Under the pieces are notes generated by a model. That model was not told the origin of the DNA. It did not search any database and was given only the letters and a program-made list of their open reading frames with translations. The translations under genes and the position numbers were made by a program. From the NCBI GenBank assembly GCA_012295275.1, contig CM022678.1:15314001-15378000 (forward strand): a DNA stretch of 64,000 nt. Reading direction: 5' to 3'. Positions 1-23,097 of the stretch are shown here, piece after piece (the first letter of the stretch is position 1; each line of letters starts with the position of its first letter). The DNA is from Chrysomallon squamiferum. Its lineage: Eukaryota > Animalia > Mollusca.

Positions 1-299
1 TTATAGTGTTTTTTGAGTGAAATTCAAAGACAATATTTAGATATTTGTTTACAGATTTATGCGACCATATGTGTGTCATTTTGTTGATCTTTCAGAATAT
101 GTATGCACATATATATATACATATACATATATATCATTATATGTCATTTATTTCAGTCTTTGATGAATGCCACCTATTGAAAAACACTCAAAACTCAATA
201 CAATTATTGTGTAAACTATATTTAAGCTGACCTTTCACTGACTTTTTAATGACTGTTTTATGTGTAATTTGTAATGTATAAATTAACATGTGATTTCAG

Positions 300-10011
<9,712 letters not shown>

Positions 10012-11954
10012 CCTTTGAACTTGTTAAATGACCTTTCAACAGTGTCAATGGCTCCAGCTTCCGAAAAAAAAAACCTCTAACAATTATCAGCATGGGCAGA
10101 TTTCTCAAAATATTTTATCTTCAAAACAAAATGGCTTCCACCAGAACAGTCTGTGAATGCAAAACTCATTTCAATGCAGATGTGAATTTTTTAATTTATT
10201 TATGTGCCTCTATTTTTGAATAAGCAAATTTCTGTGTCTTCAAAAAAAACAGTATAATAATGATGAGATAAGAAATACAAAATTAAATTTGAACTAAACT
10301 GTAATGGCCTACAGATTGTTAATATGTAAAGTGAAATAGAAATGTTTTACTGCAAGAATAATATCATTTTAAGTATTATTAATATTTTGCAATAAAAATT
10401 ATGCTATACTGTTGACATTTCATACAGAACACACTCTAAGCAGTATGAAAACTAAGTTGATTTGTAACATTGATAGCATACATTTGAGTATTTCCTAGGT
10501 AAAGATCATTTCAGTCTACACCTTCATAACAGTCTAGGCTATTCGTTAATAAGGTGCTACCAAATAAGAGAAAGACAATATTTTGTTTAAATTCTTTTGG
10601 ACCATTTGGTGTTTGATTTTTTTTTTTTTTTTTTTCTCTGTATGTTTAGTGAATTCACACTGAATTGTAGTTAGAACTATATTTTTGTAATGATTGCTCT
10701 TGTATGAATGTCTGTTAATATGGAGAAAGACATTTTGCATTTATATGATAATCTTGTTGCATTTAAGTCAAAGATTTTCAAATACTTGAATGACAGACAT
10801 GTACTTTTTAAAATGGCTGCATTTATGAAAAGGAATTGCATGCTACCACACACAAAAGAAACCTATACATAGACATATAAACAAAAATAATATAATTTTA
10901 GATATATACATTGTTTTTGCACATATAATATGAAAAAGTAATCAGATGTAGAAATATATAATATATTTTAAATATTGATGTATACCATACATAGATACAT
11001 ATATACATACAAACACACATACAGATACATATAATATATATGCAGACACATTAACAAATAGAACAGACTGAAAAGATTTTGAAAAAATATTCTTCATGGA
11101 CCAGTGTAAAAACCCTTTTTCAAAAATTGTTTTACAGTTTAAACTTATAAATGTTCTAATGAAAAGTTTTGTGTCTGAGCAAATTTTAGAAAATGTAAAA
11201 TATACTTCTGAAATATAACAATTTTCTTGCTGATATAAAGTTTTGTTTGATGTTGATATTTCAGATTGTGGGTGTAGAGAGAGTAAAGTTAATTTATCCC
11301 TTTCACTTCATAATTAAATTTTCTGAAAATTAACAAGATGGGGTTGGTAATATACATTGTTTTCTTGTGCTAAGCTATAAGGAAGTGATATGGAAACACA
11401 AATAAAACAATATGAAGTTATAACAAACAAGCTTCATTGAAAAACAAATGTTAATTAAGAGTTTGAAATGGTTTAAGTTAAATGCCCAATTCTCTGTTTC
11501 AATTTAGATTGTTTCATAGTTTTCACTGTTTGTTTCACTTAGTTATTACAGTGATTTTACAGATAACACTTTGTTATCAAAATTTCATTGGTTACGGTTG
11601 TTGTTGTTATTTTTTGAATTGTTATTATTAAATAACTTAACTAATTTGTTTTTATACTGATTACTTTTTCCCTGAATTTTCACTGACTTCAAAAATAAAA
11701 TTTTGAAACAAAGCTAAAAATGGATTTGAAAAAAAAATCATTGTTTTTATTATCTTTATAATAATAGATCTTTATCATCATAATCAACATCATCATTATT
11801 ATGTTTGTTATAACTGTTATCATTATTTTCATTATCTTCATATTAGTTAGTAGTTATTATTAGTTATTATTATTATTATTATTGTTATTATGATTATGAT
11901 TATTATTATTATTATTATTTTTATTATTTTATTATTATTATTATTATTATTATG

Positions 11955-12363
11955 ACCATCTTCACTTGCCATATATTAATACAAAAATCAAATATACATC
12001 TAACAAAATCATTAAATAAAAGACTCAACTATTTATAATTATTAAAATAAGAAGCCATAGGTAAATAAAAATATTTTTGTATATGTTCATCCCAGGTAAC
12101 TTACAGCTATCACTTATAATGATATTAGACATAATAAATTTGTTTATTTTGTTGAAAATGTTGGACATGAATTCTATATATTATTATTATTATTTTGTTT
12201 TGTTTTCTTATTTGTTTTAAATGGAACTTTATATAATGAAAATTGTACATACTTAGTATATTAATATTTTCTTATAAATAACTATATTTTCTTTGTGTAT
12301 ATTGTACAGTTTGTGTGTATTATATGATTGATAATACTGGAAATGTCTTCTTTATAGTTTTTG
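11955..12363 (+). repeat. ~410 bp dispersed repeat, copy 1 (copy 2 at ~43312-43710)
   Basis: Colinear match from cacttgccatatattaat to ataatactggaaatgtcttctttatagtttttg in both places. Confidence 0.9.
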
Positions 12364-12477
12364 TATGTTAAAAGTAAAGATATATACGATAGATCTTTAT
12401 CTACATATTTATAATATTACAGATTTTACTTTTTCTTTGTATATCGTTGTTAGTGTTTGTATTGTCAAAGTAACTGG

Positions 12478-12785
12478 TTTTGCACAGAATATTATTACAA
12501 GAAAGAAACTAGTTTTGAATAGTATATTACTATTAGAAAGTAGTTACATTTAGCATATTCTTATAAGAAATAGATTTCACAGAATGTAACCACAAAAAGT
12601 AAATAGTTTTGAATAGAATATTACTCAAGAAAGTAGTTTTGCACAAAACATTATTAAAAGAAAATAACTTATTTTCACAGCATATTACTGTAAGGAATTA
12701 ATTAATTTTGCAAAGAACATTACAGTATATGTAGCTTATGCATAAGATATTATTACAAGATAATAGCTGGCTTTGCATAAAATAG
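12478..12785. repeat. Degenerate ~30 bp tandem repeat (ttttgcacagaatattattacaagaaag)
   Basis: Several diverged tandem units downstream of SNX17. Confidence 0.6.
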
Positions 12786-14505
12786 CCAACTATCACAGAT
12801 TTTCATCTTCATATTCGATCATTTTGTACATTCACATTGAAGTCATTTAGCAAAATATCCTAAAATACATATATTAATGATGATAAATACGCATATAATT
12901 TATTTTGTTTTACCCCAGTATGCAATATATTATTATTATTTTTTTGTATGATAATTAATACTAGGAGTATTTTTTGTTTTATCAATCATATAATTTGTAT
13001 TTTTGTAAATACAACAGCAATAAATGTATTTCTTTATCCTGCTGCTTCATACCAGTCTTCCTTGTTGTTGTCCTTGTGATGTATTTTTATATAAATACCC
13101 CTGTAAGAACTCTTTTTTAAGAGAAAATAAAAAAATAAATAAAAAATAAATTTATTCAGCATCTCACCTCTTCATAGAAATGGTTTATTTTTTCTCTGTA
13201 ATACAAACAACTTTTTTTTATATTCAGAATATTTTTTACTTAAAGAAATTATCTTTTACTCAGCTTCTTGGTTGTTTGAAGAACTGTATTTTTTGTTTTT
13301 CTGTTAATCAACTTAATTGTAGATTGAGAAACCATATTTATAGTTCTGTAAGAAGAAAATAAATTTTAAGTTTTTGATACAGCTACTGAGTTGTTTGGCA
13401 AAACTGATTTTTTCTTAGTAACAGAATCAGGTAATTTTTATGTTCAGTATCCTTACATAAAATTTCTGTAAAAGAAAAACAATCTTTGATTCATATTTTT
13501 TTATTTTTTTTTTTTTTCCATTTTTTCTTCTTTGTGATATCATCAGTTTATTTTATATTTAGAATGCTAATTTATAACTTTTGAAATTAAAATATAAGTA
13601 TTTGCTTCAGCTTTCCAGCTTTTTGAAGAAACTTATTAGATATCCTGGTGTCAGTAATATTCATAAAATAGCTTTATTTCGTTAATTTTTGAGTATCAGT
13701 AACATAGTGTGCATTTATAACAATGCACTGTGCTGAAAAGAGCTTTTAGTTTTTAATTTTGGGAATTTATTTTCACTATTTTTTGTAGATAAAACAAATG
13801 TTTGCTAATCTATGAATAAAACTTATATTTCATGTGCTACAATTATTTTGTAATTGGGTAATTAATATCAGTCTTCAAATCAGTTAATTTATTCTTCACT
13901 TCCATTATTAAAGATGTTAATTTGTTTAAAAATAGAGGAAATTGTGGGAACAAACGTTTTCTTTTTTTTATATATTCTGTTAACTGATGCAGCCTTACAT
14001 TTATAATGTTTCTTTCCATCATTATCTAATGAAGAAATGGGTTTATAAATTAAAAAAAAGTACAAAAAGAAGAACCATAAAAACAATGAACATTTTTGTG
14101 GAATAAGGGAATATGGTAAAAGTTCTTCAGTTATTCAGTAAGAAATGCTGTTTTTTATTATTATTATTATTATTTTAATACAGATTTATAATTTACTTCT
14201 TCTGTTTTGTTAATATAGGTATAAATATTATAATCATTTTCAAAAATTTGTTTATTCTGATATAAACGTTGTAGCCGTTTTTTTCCTTTAAAATATTTTC
14301 AATAAAAATAGTGTTAATTGCTTTATTTCTTTATTTTATTATTTTGTTTTGTTTTATTATTCATTTCTGTTTTTAATATAATTTATAATTTTTTTTTTTT
14401 TATTCTGTAAATTAATGGTTGTTCTTTATTACCTTTTACCCTGTAAAATGAAATTATATAAATTGAAAATATGACTAAAGCTCAGTCTCTCTCTCTATAT
14501 GTATA

Positions 14506-14542
<37 letters not shown>

Positions 14543-15529
14543 ATACATTTTTTGTTTCTGCAGACAAGGACCAGAATAGAAAACATAATGAAACCTGTAA
14601 TAATTTATAAAATTATTTTTGTTAAATACTTCAGAACCCATTCCTTTGTTGCAGCAAAATGTCTTTCAGTACATCCAGTGTTGGTTTCAAATATATTTTT
14701 ATTGCTAATATTAAACCTATGGAAAATAAAGTATTATTTCTAATAATTAAATTTATATTTGTAGAAAAGAATTATAATTTCTTATTCATTAGCAAATATT
14801 GTGTGGTTAATTGTTTTAATTTGAAATAAAATAAGAAAAAAATGTGTGTTTTGCTGTTATGAGTCAGTATGCATTAATTGTGGATACATCCAGGATTTTT
14901 ATAATAATATTCTTCTTTATCATTGAATGCTATATAATAAATAGAGAAATTAAATTTACACATATATAGATTTATATAGCTGTTTTTAAACATTGTTGCT
15001 AATTGTTTTTCTTTTTAACATGAAATAAGAAAAATAAAGAATAAAAAGTTTAAAATTTCTCAAGACAGCACGATCATACAGACAAGATTTAACCACTGTT
15101 ATTAAATGTTATTAACCTGCTGCATCATAAATAGTTTTTTAAAAAGATCAATAAAATAATTAAAGTTAATTTTTTTTTTTGAAATATATTTTGAAAGCTT
15201 TTAGAAACTTAAAGCAGCATATCATAAAAAAAGAACGTTTATAAAAACAAATACTAATAACAAAAAATAAATAACTAAAAAAATGGAGAAATAAAGAAAG
15301 AACAAAATATAATAATATTAATAAAAATAATAATAGTAATAATAATAATAATGACACAAGTGCGTGATCAGCCATAGCAAAATAACAGGTACTATTTTAC
15401 AATCATTCATGCCAAACGAGACAAGGTACATTTTGTACTGGTATTACATAAAAACTGATAGATGGAAACATGGAATCCTTTCATACAGATGTAGCTGCGT
15501 TCCTTAAAAAAGACAATAATAATAATAAC

Positions 15530-15581
<52 letters not shown>

Positions 15582-16470
15582 TAATAATAATAATAATAAT
15601 AAAACAATAATAATAATAATATAACTATGATGATGATAATGATAATAATAGTAATGACAGTGACATCTGCAGGTGAGTAAAAAGATGGTTTGTCCAGTAA
15701 CTTTGCATCTAGAAAGATGGGATTATTTTTTTAACAATTTCTTAGCATCTGTCATTTCAGTTACAAAATTCTGTTTAACAAATGCTAATATTTTAATGTT
15801 ATTTTTTCATGCAAGTATATATTATATATATTATATTACTTATCTGTTGTTAACAAAATGAAAATAAAGTGAATATAAATATATAATACCAGTGTTTACA
15901 TTAACCATTTCTTTTTATTAATTAAATGAAAATCCTGTTAGCTCTCCATAATTATATAAACAGAATTCACCACAAACATTTTTTTGTAATTAATTTAAAT
16001 GTGATTAGTTTTCACAGAAGAAAGTGAAACTCGTTAGTTCATATTTATTTTTAAAAATATTAATTTTAAAAAGGAGGGTATCAAAATATCATTTTTTTAA
16101 ATAAGTTTGTTCTCTCTCCACTTTAAATTTTATGTTGACAGGAAGTGTTATTACTAACTCAGGTAATAAAAGGAAAAAGAAAAGAAAAAACAACTAACAG
16201 ACATTACTGCATTTTTTAATTTACATAGAAAAAGAATATTTCAATTTACCTTGCTGAAAAAGAAACAAAATCTAAAAGGATTGTTAAAATGTATTTTCAT
16301 TCCATTGCGTCTTAGATTCTTCTGCTTCTGTCTTATTTCCACTGTTCATTGTGTTAACTTTCATGAACAGAATAAAAAAACACAGAGTAACATGTCACAT
16401 GAGTCTTTGTCACGTTTGTGCACGTACCAAAGATAAAAATGTTTTAGATGAAGAATGCTCACAAAACTTG

Positions 16471-17519
16471 TCACCTAGCATCAAATACAATCACTGGAAA
16501 GTGGTTAAGGAATTTGTGCACATAATTTCTGTAAGCAATAAGACTGTTATTATCCCCAATAATTATACAATTATTATTTATAACTGATTACAGATAAAAT
16601 GGATTTATAATTTCATAAATTAAAAGAAAAGAAAATGCTATGAAAACAATGAAAATGACTGTGGTATAAGGGAATGTGATACAAGTTTTTCAAGTATTCA
16701 GTAAGAAATGCTGTTTTATTTACTTATTATAATTATTATATTACTATAATAGGGATTTATAATTTACTTTATATGTTTTATATTATATTTTAAATTTTAT
16801 TTATTCTGATACAAACTTTGTAGCACTGTTTCATACCTTTTTTTCCTTTAAAGTGACTAGATGATATAAATAATGTTAAATTGTTTTTAATAGCAGTTAT
16901 AACCGGAATTTTAATTACTTTTTAATATTAGTAGTGGTTGATATATAAACAAATTATTCAAATCTGTAAATAACACACACACACACACACAAGGTAAAAG
17001 AAACAAATAGCCTAACATATTATATTTCTTTCTTTAAATAGCACATTCTTCTTGTCAGTAGTATTCAGTATTCTGCAAAGGATACTTCTTTTTGTTCTCT
17101 TTTTGTACATAATTCTGTAACCGCATTCTCTGCAACGAATTGGATCTCTAGCACGAATCTCATTCTCCTGATGACACTCTGAAATATTTATAAAATTATA
17201 TAACACAGAATGTTGACTGATAAGATTGTATATATTGTTTGAATAATTTGTGAGTAAATAAGCCAAGTAAAGCAATTTACATAATAAAATAATGACATTT
17301 TATTGTTAAAGAGAAAGTTAAAGTAACAGAACATTAGCAAAAAGAATGTATTCAATTGCACAGGTTAGGTTTTTAATATCAAAGAGGAAGAAAGCCAAAA
17401 AAACATTCGTGTTCTTCTCAAATGATGATAACGTCAGTTGAAAGGAACGTACCACCACAGGTATATATCATGGTTTGTTGTTTCACAGGTGGCTGTCCTT
17501 CAGTATTTCCTTTATCCAT
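16471..17519 (-). CDS. POLR2K: RNA polymerases I/II/III shared subunit RPABC4 (RPB12), 60 aa
   Basis: Exons 17519-17453, 17178-17086 and 16493-16471 give [60 protein letters not shown], with the zinc-ribbon CxxC...CxxC and the conserved VFDAR end. Confidence 0.97.
16494..17085 (-). other. U12-type (minor spliceosome) GT-AG intron of POLR2K
   Basis: On the minus strand the donor is GTATCCTTT (17085-17077) and the branch point TTCCTTAAC (16512-16504) lies about 10 nt before the AG; both match the U12 consensus. Confidence 0.93.
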
Positions 17520-17899
17520 TTCTGCTTAAATAATAATATAATAATTAAAAACTGAAACTAGTGAAATGTGACAAAAAGTTAAATCATTAATATTAAGATT
17601 TGGAAATATCACACACAGAGAGAGAGAGAGGGAAAGAACAAAAAATATATTTCTAAAATTTATGTTTTAGTTCATAAAAACTAATTTGAGTCGATTCTAG
17701 AATTATAGAATTATACTCAGTATAAGTATTAGTATAATAATGTCTCAGTGTCTGTAATTTCATTTTATCTACAAGTGCAAGTGGTAAAACTAAAACAATT
17801 CTGAATTCAGAATTCTTATACTTTTCTTACAATAGTTTTAATACAATAAAGTATTCATTCCAAATCATTTTATTATTGAATAATAAATTAATACTAATA

Positions 17900-18160
17900 A
17901 TACTAATAAGTAATAGTTATATTATTATATTATATAGATAATTATATACTAAACTCTAAAGTCATACTTTATAAACTTAACATGTCTGACTGAATTACTT
18001 AAAATAAACTGACTGAATAATAATAATAATAATACACACTAATAGTTGTATTATTATATTATTATTATAATTATATAATATAGATAATTAATTATATACT
18101 AAAGTCATACTTTATTTTATAAACTTAACATGTCTGACTGAATTACTTAAAATAAACTGA

Positions 18161-18175
<15 letters not shown>
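17900..18175. repeat. ~130-140 bp tandem duplication
   Basis: taaagtcatactttat...aaacttaacatgtctgactgaattacttaaaataaactgactgaataataat occurs twice. Confidence 0.85.
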
Positions 18176-18210
<35 letters not shown>

Positions 18211-18294
18211 CTAGATCCTAAAAGAAATATTCAATATATAATAAATATAACCGAAAGATTATAACCAGCACAACAAATCCACATGCGTAAATGT

Positions 18295-18405
18295 ATATAT
18301 CGGAAGTACTAAATATAATCTCGTGAGTTCTCGCGAAATAAACAAATAGCATCGCCTTCGCACTGATTGGTCACTCTTTTCGCAAAGGGGGATTTTTGAA
18401 AAGAA
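18295..18405. promoter_or_regulatory. Putative bidirectional promoter for POLR2K and the F-box gene
   Basis: CpG-enriched patch between divergent genes: ETS CGGAAGT (18301), TCTCGTGAG/TCTCGCGA (18319, 18329), inverted CCAAT (CTGATTGG, 18363), E2F/CDE-like TTTTCGC (18377), CHR TTTGAA (18395). Confidence 0.6.
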
Positions 18406-19181
18406 AATGCTGACGGGACTGGTGTTGAAAGCGATCTGAAGAAAAAAAATTTCATGAGAGTCATTATATATTTCATCCTCATCATTATAGTTTACATAGC
18501 CTTTGACTGCAGATCCACTTCAAGTATTTTATGCATTCGAATGCCAAAACATTTCTTTAAATGCATATAGTCTGATTACAAGGTGAGTTATTCGCTGGCG
18601 CCTTTTGACAAGTCAAACTATTTTTAAAGTCCTTAAAATGGGTCATGTTCTGAAACAAATCCTATCATTTTATATCAATCCGATCATAAATTATAAATTT
18701 TCAAAATGAAAAAATAACGGAAAAGAATTTCAGAATGCAAAATTTTATTTTTTATATAAAATTTATTTAACGTTGGATTTGATCCCCTTTGTTGACTAAG
18801 AAATGTAACGTGAAGGTGTCATGACTGGAGCCATGATTATTATACGTGTCTAACTGATCGAGAAAACAAAAGCACGTAATTTAAATACATAAGAAAAGTT
18901 ATCTGTGGAAATCTCCACAAAAAAGATGGATATAATTAGTTTTAGTTGCGTACTTATTAAACATTATTAATTAAAGTTGTTAAATATTTAAATTATTAAA
19001 TATTTTACATCATGAATGTATGTATCTGCAGTAATTAAAAATAAAACATATTTTCAGGCTTTATTTAAAATTATTTTTTTATATATTTCCCCATAAATAC
19101 ATTTACACTAACAAAAAAAATTTATATACAACAAACCTCACAAATAAATAAATAAAAATGTATAATCTTTTTTTTACCCAG

Positions 19182-21214
19182 ATGGATACTTACTGCCATG
19201 GTGAAAAGCAGCTTGACAAGATGATATTGATGGGTACAAGTACACCAGTGTGTACTAGAACAAAGTTTACAAATACACAGTTTGAAAGTGATTCTGTTTT
19301 ACAGCAGAAGTCAAAATCTGCTAGAGTCAACTTTACTGAGCATGACAGTGGTTACGCTGACTCTTTAGCTGACATTACTTGTTCATCAGATCATGACAAA
19401 AGTCACCTTTCACTGTTCAGCAATACACCAAGAACTCAAGAGAGACATTCATCAGTCTTAGATTTCATCAGTCCTATCACCTTGTCAGATATTGACAGCA
19501 ACACAAACACATTCACACAGAGAAATTCATTACAGCAGTCAGTGATTCCTGAAGAGGAATTCCGAGATGGAATTAAAGGAATGTCGATGTACAGTTTCGA
19601 CCTGGGCATTGAAAACAGTAAGAGCGAGGAGACTATTTCACACTGTGTTTCTGAGGGAAATGAATTGAAATTTATTAAGATAATGAGCACAATTTCACCA
19701 GATGAATCGGACCGATTTCGCAGGTTTCTTGACAATTACAGTCCTAGAGAGCGTGATCGATTGATAGGTCGAAAGATTGGACTGCGCCATGTGGACATTT
19801 TAGGAGAGTTGCCCTCCAGAAGTATCCCTGTCAATCTGGTTTTATCATACATGAAACCATCTGATCTCTACAGGTAAATTTATGATATATTTATACAGAG
19901 AACACCAATGGTTTAATGTGCCAACAGATTTCATAAATAAAAATACTGAGTGTAGGGTGTTGTCTGATTCAGTAAGTTAAAATACATTTCTGAATTATAA
20001 TTGTTATAACTATACATGAATTCACTGAAGTTAAAAATAAAGGAGGTGAAGCAAACTTAACAACAAGCATAAACCTTAATAATTATTTTTTTTGAAACAG
20101 TAACACAAGGTATATAATTGTAATAAAATGTTATTTGGTTTTACTTGTAGTATGTGTCAGGTTAGCAGGCGATGGAGAAACATATGTGAAGAATCTCCCA
20201 GTATAAAGCGAGAGCTGCAGGAATGTTCTGAGAGGAAAAAAGATTCTTTTATGGGCAAGGTGAGCTGACAAATCATTGATATTATTTTTAAAAACACTCA
20301 GAATGTACTCTTGACATAGTCTGATGTGTTTGCATAAATTGTTATCAACAGACAAACTGAAATGTCCGACTCTGCTGGATATGTACAGTACAATAACTAA
20401 CTAATCTGTTAATACATATGTTTGTAAATATTTTAACTATACAATCTCTCTCTCTCTCTCTACACACAATAATTTCAAATATATCTTTCTATTCAATCAA
20501 AACATATTTTTCTGCTTAAAACATTAACAGATAAAGACAATTTCTAACAGATTTATATTTTTATTTTACAGGAAAATTATGTGAAACGATTAACTACCAC
20601 AGACAGACAGAATCGTGGATTGACAAATCCGAGTGTAAAATTAGGCTTTGTCCAGAAAGTTGAACCACTTAGACCAGCAACTTTTGATAGTTCTCCTACA
20701 AAGAATATTTCATTTCCTGAGGTAATGAATAAAAAAAAAAAAAATTCTTCCTGTATATAAATGTACATTTAAGATATATACATTTCAGATAATTAAATTG
20801 TAACATTAGTACATTTAGTTAATAAATATTGAAATAGTTCAATTGATGTATTTAAGATAGATTTATTAACAAATTTAAAATAGTCCAGTTAATTAATTTA
20901 AAACAGTTTGAAACGTTTATTTATTTTTGATTTTAAATATATATTAATATATATATATATCTCTTTTCTAATTTTAGGCAGTACAGCTTCTACAAAATGG
21001 TGAAAGACTTCGCCATTGTCCAAAATGTTACTCTGCATCTATAGTTAAACCTATAGAGGATAGGGGAAGCTGTTTAAAATGTCAGTATGACTTTTGTGTC
21101 AAATGTTTGACAGAATATCACCAGGCCCGACCATGTGTGCCTGTAGTGTGCCAAAAGGCACAGACAGACAATGTTGGCAGCAAGAAAAGCAAACGAAATT
21201 TAAAGCGTTTGTAA
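19182..21214 (+). CDS. FBXO43: Emi1/Emi2 (FBXO5/FBXO43, Rca1) family F-box APC/C inhibitor
   Basis: Exons 19182-19873, 20151-20259, 20572-20721, 20978-21214. Contains the DSGYADS degron, F-box (VLSYMKPSDLYSMCQVSRRWRNIC), zinc-binding region (CPKC...CLKCQYDFCVKCLTEYH..RPC) and RL tail GSKKSKRNLKRL*. Probably co-orthologous to FBXO5 and FBXO43. Likely non-coding first exon ends at donor 18582. Confidence 0.92.
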
Positions 21215-22064
21215 CACAGGCGTCAGGCAGATGTTTCTGCCATGTTTAACATGTGACTGTATTACACAAAACAACAAAGTCAAATGAAATGTTCACATCA
21301 AGAATGAAGTTTAGAATTAACCTCCGTTTTCAGTTCTGTTGTAATCTTTTGAAGATCCTGACACAAAAATTCTTATCCAGTATTCTTATCCAGTATCACA
21401 AAGGGATTCATCATTCCAGACAATGCATATCACCACACCACTGTTTTATACATTACCAATGGATAACTGAAGATAGTTTGATGGTCTTTGAAACAACTTG
21501 CAGTTTTTTGGGACAACATATTAACACTCAATATACTGATCTGACGGTTGACGTATAATTAACAGAAGTGAAATTTGACTGTGTAACATTAGCTAACAAA
21601 GTTTTATACTGGTCGTTAATTCCAGTGGTTGTCTTCAGAATTAATATTCACAGAGCAGTGTGCATGTTTACTGACATAAAGCTAGCCTGAAATGGCTGGG
21701 TTTGAGAACAAACGTGTAAATTCATTGACTGTGATTCACAAAGTTTCTGATGTGTTATGGTATATGATGATGATCAAAATAAGAACCATATGACAAGTGA
21801 CAGCTACTGTAATAGTATTATTATAATAGTTTTATTTACTAATTCATATTTTGTAAATCTTTAGTTTAACAAATTTATGTTCTTAAACTCTGTTCTTAAT
21901 TGAATTTTCTTTTTTCTCAACAGAACAATGCTGGGCATTCTTAATTTATTTCAGTAACTTTTTAATAACGTTTTAACTTCGGTTGTTATTTTCTTATCAT
22001 GTCATCAATTTTATTAATTTCATTTCTATTTTATATTTTTATTTGCTTGCCAGTTCCTGTGTTT

Positions 22065-22375
22065 ATATCTAATGGTTTTTTATTGTGTTCTTTGCAGATC
22101 ATGAAAACTTTATTTTATTAATATTATTTATTTATTTACTTTTTATTCTACATCTCATTATGTTCTTTGCAGATCATGAAAATTTTATTTTATTAATATT
22201 ATTTATTTATTTATTTACTTTTTATACTACATCATTATTTCATACAGATTTTAAAATTACTCTAATGGTTTCTTATTGTGTTCTTTGCAGATCATGAAAA
22301 CTTTATTTTATTAATATTATAATTTATTTATTACATTTTTATTCTACATCCAATTATTTCATACAGATTTTAAAA
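22065..22375. repeat. Local duplications containing ttctttgcagatcatgaaaa (3 copies)
   Basis: Copies near 22088, 22163 and 22281 in the F-box gene 3' region. Confidence 0.8.
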
Positions 22376-22958
22376 TAACACATTCTGTCATCTATCACTT
22401 TTTAAAGACTGACTGACATTACAACAACACATTTATATATACTCATACCCACAATGTCTTTCAGATGTGACTATGTAAATTATCAACGGACAGAAATAAA
22501 CATATCAATGTCAGGGTTAATTAAAGATTGTCTTGAGAATGTTTGATTTCCTGGGGTTTTGAAAGTAGTGAGAAACCTTGGAAATCATTCCATTTTGCAT
22601 GAATTTGGTTTATTCACTGCAAATATAAAGTTTTATTGTTAGTCATTAAACGACTTGTTTGTGTTTTAAAAATCAGATTTTCCTGACGATTAAATTTAAA
22701 ATTGTTATTTTTACGTTTTGAAGGAAATCCTTCATGTATGAAATTCAAAGATTAATAATCTGTACAAATATGTAATGAAAACAAATGGGAGTTTTTTTTT
22801 TATTCAATGACCATGTTTATTATTTGTAAATAATGGAATTTGGTCAGACTTCATAAATTTTTAATCTTCGTAATTAAAAGTATTTTACTGTTCTGTGTAC
22901 TGTGCCTGTCAAGTTTCCTGAGTAATTAGATACAAGTCTTACAAAATCCTAATAATAA

Positions 22959-23097
22959 ACAGTTCGTCCTATTAAACCTGATGCAATAGCATAGTACATC
23001 AACACATGAACAGTCCTATGGTTTGGTCAAGATCTTTACTAAGCTATAGGGCTGTTCATCTGTTGATATTTGTGTCACGTTTAATGGGACTAACTGT
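22959..23097. repeat. ~140 bp imperfect palindrome / hairpin
   Basis: 22998-23031 pairs with 23034-23067, and 22959-22986 pairs with 23070-23097. Confidence 0.85.
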
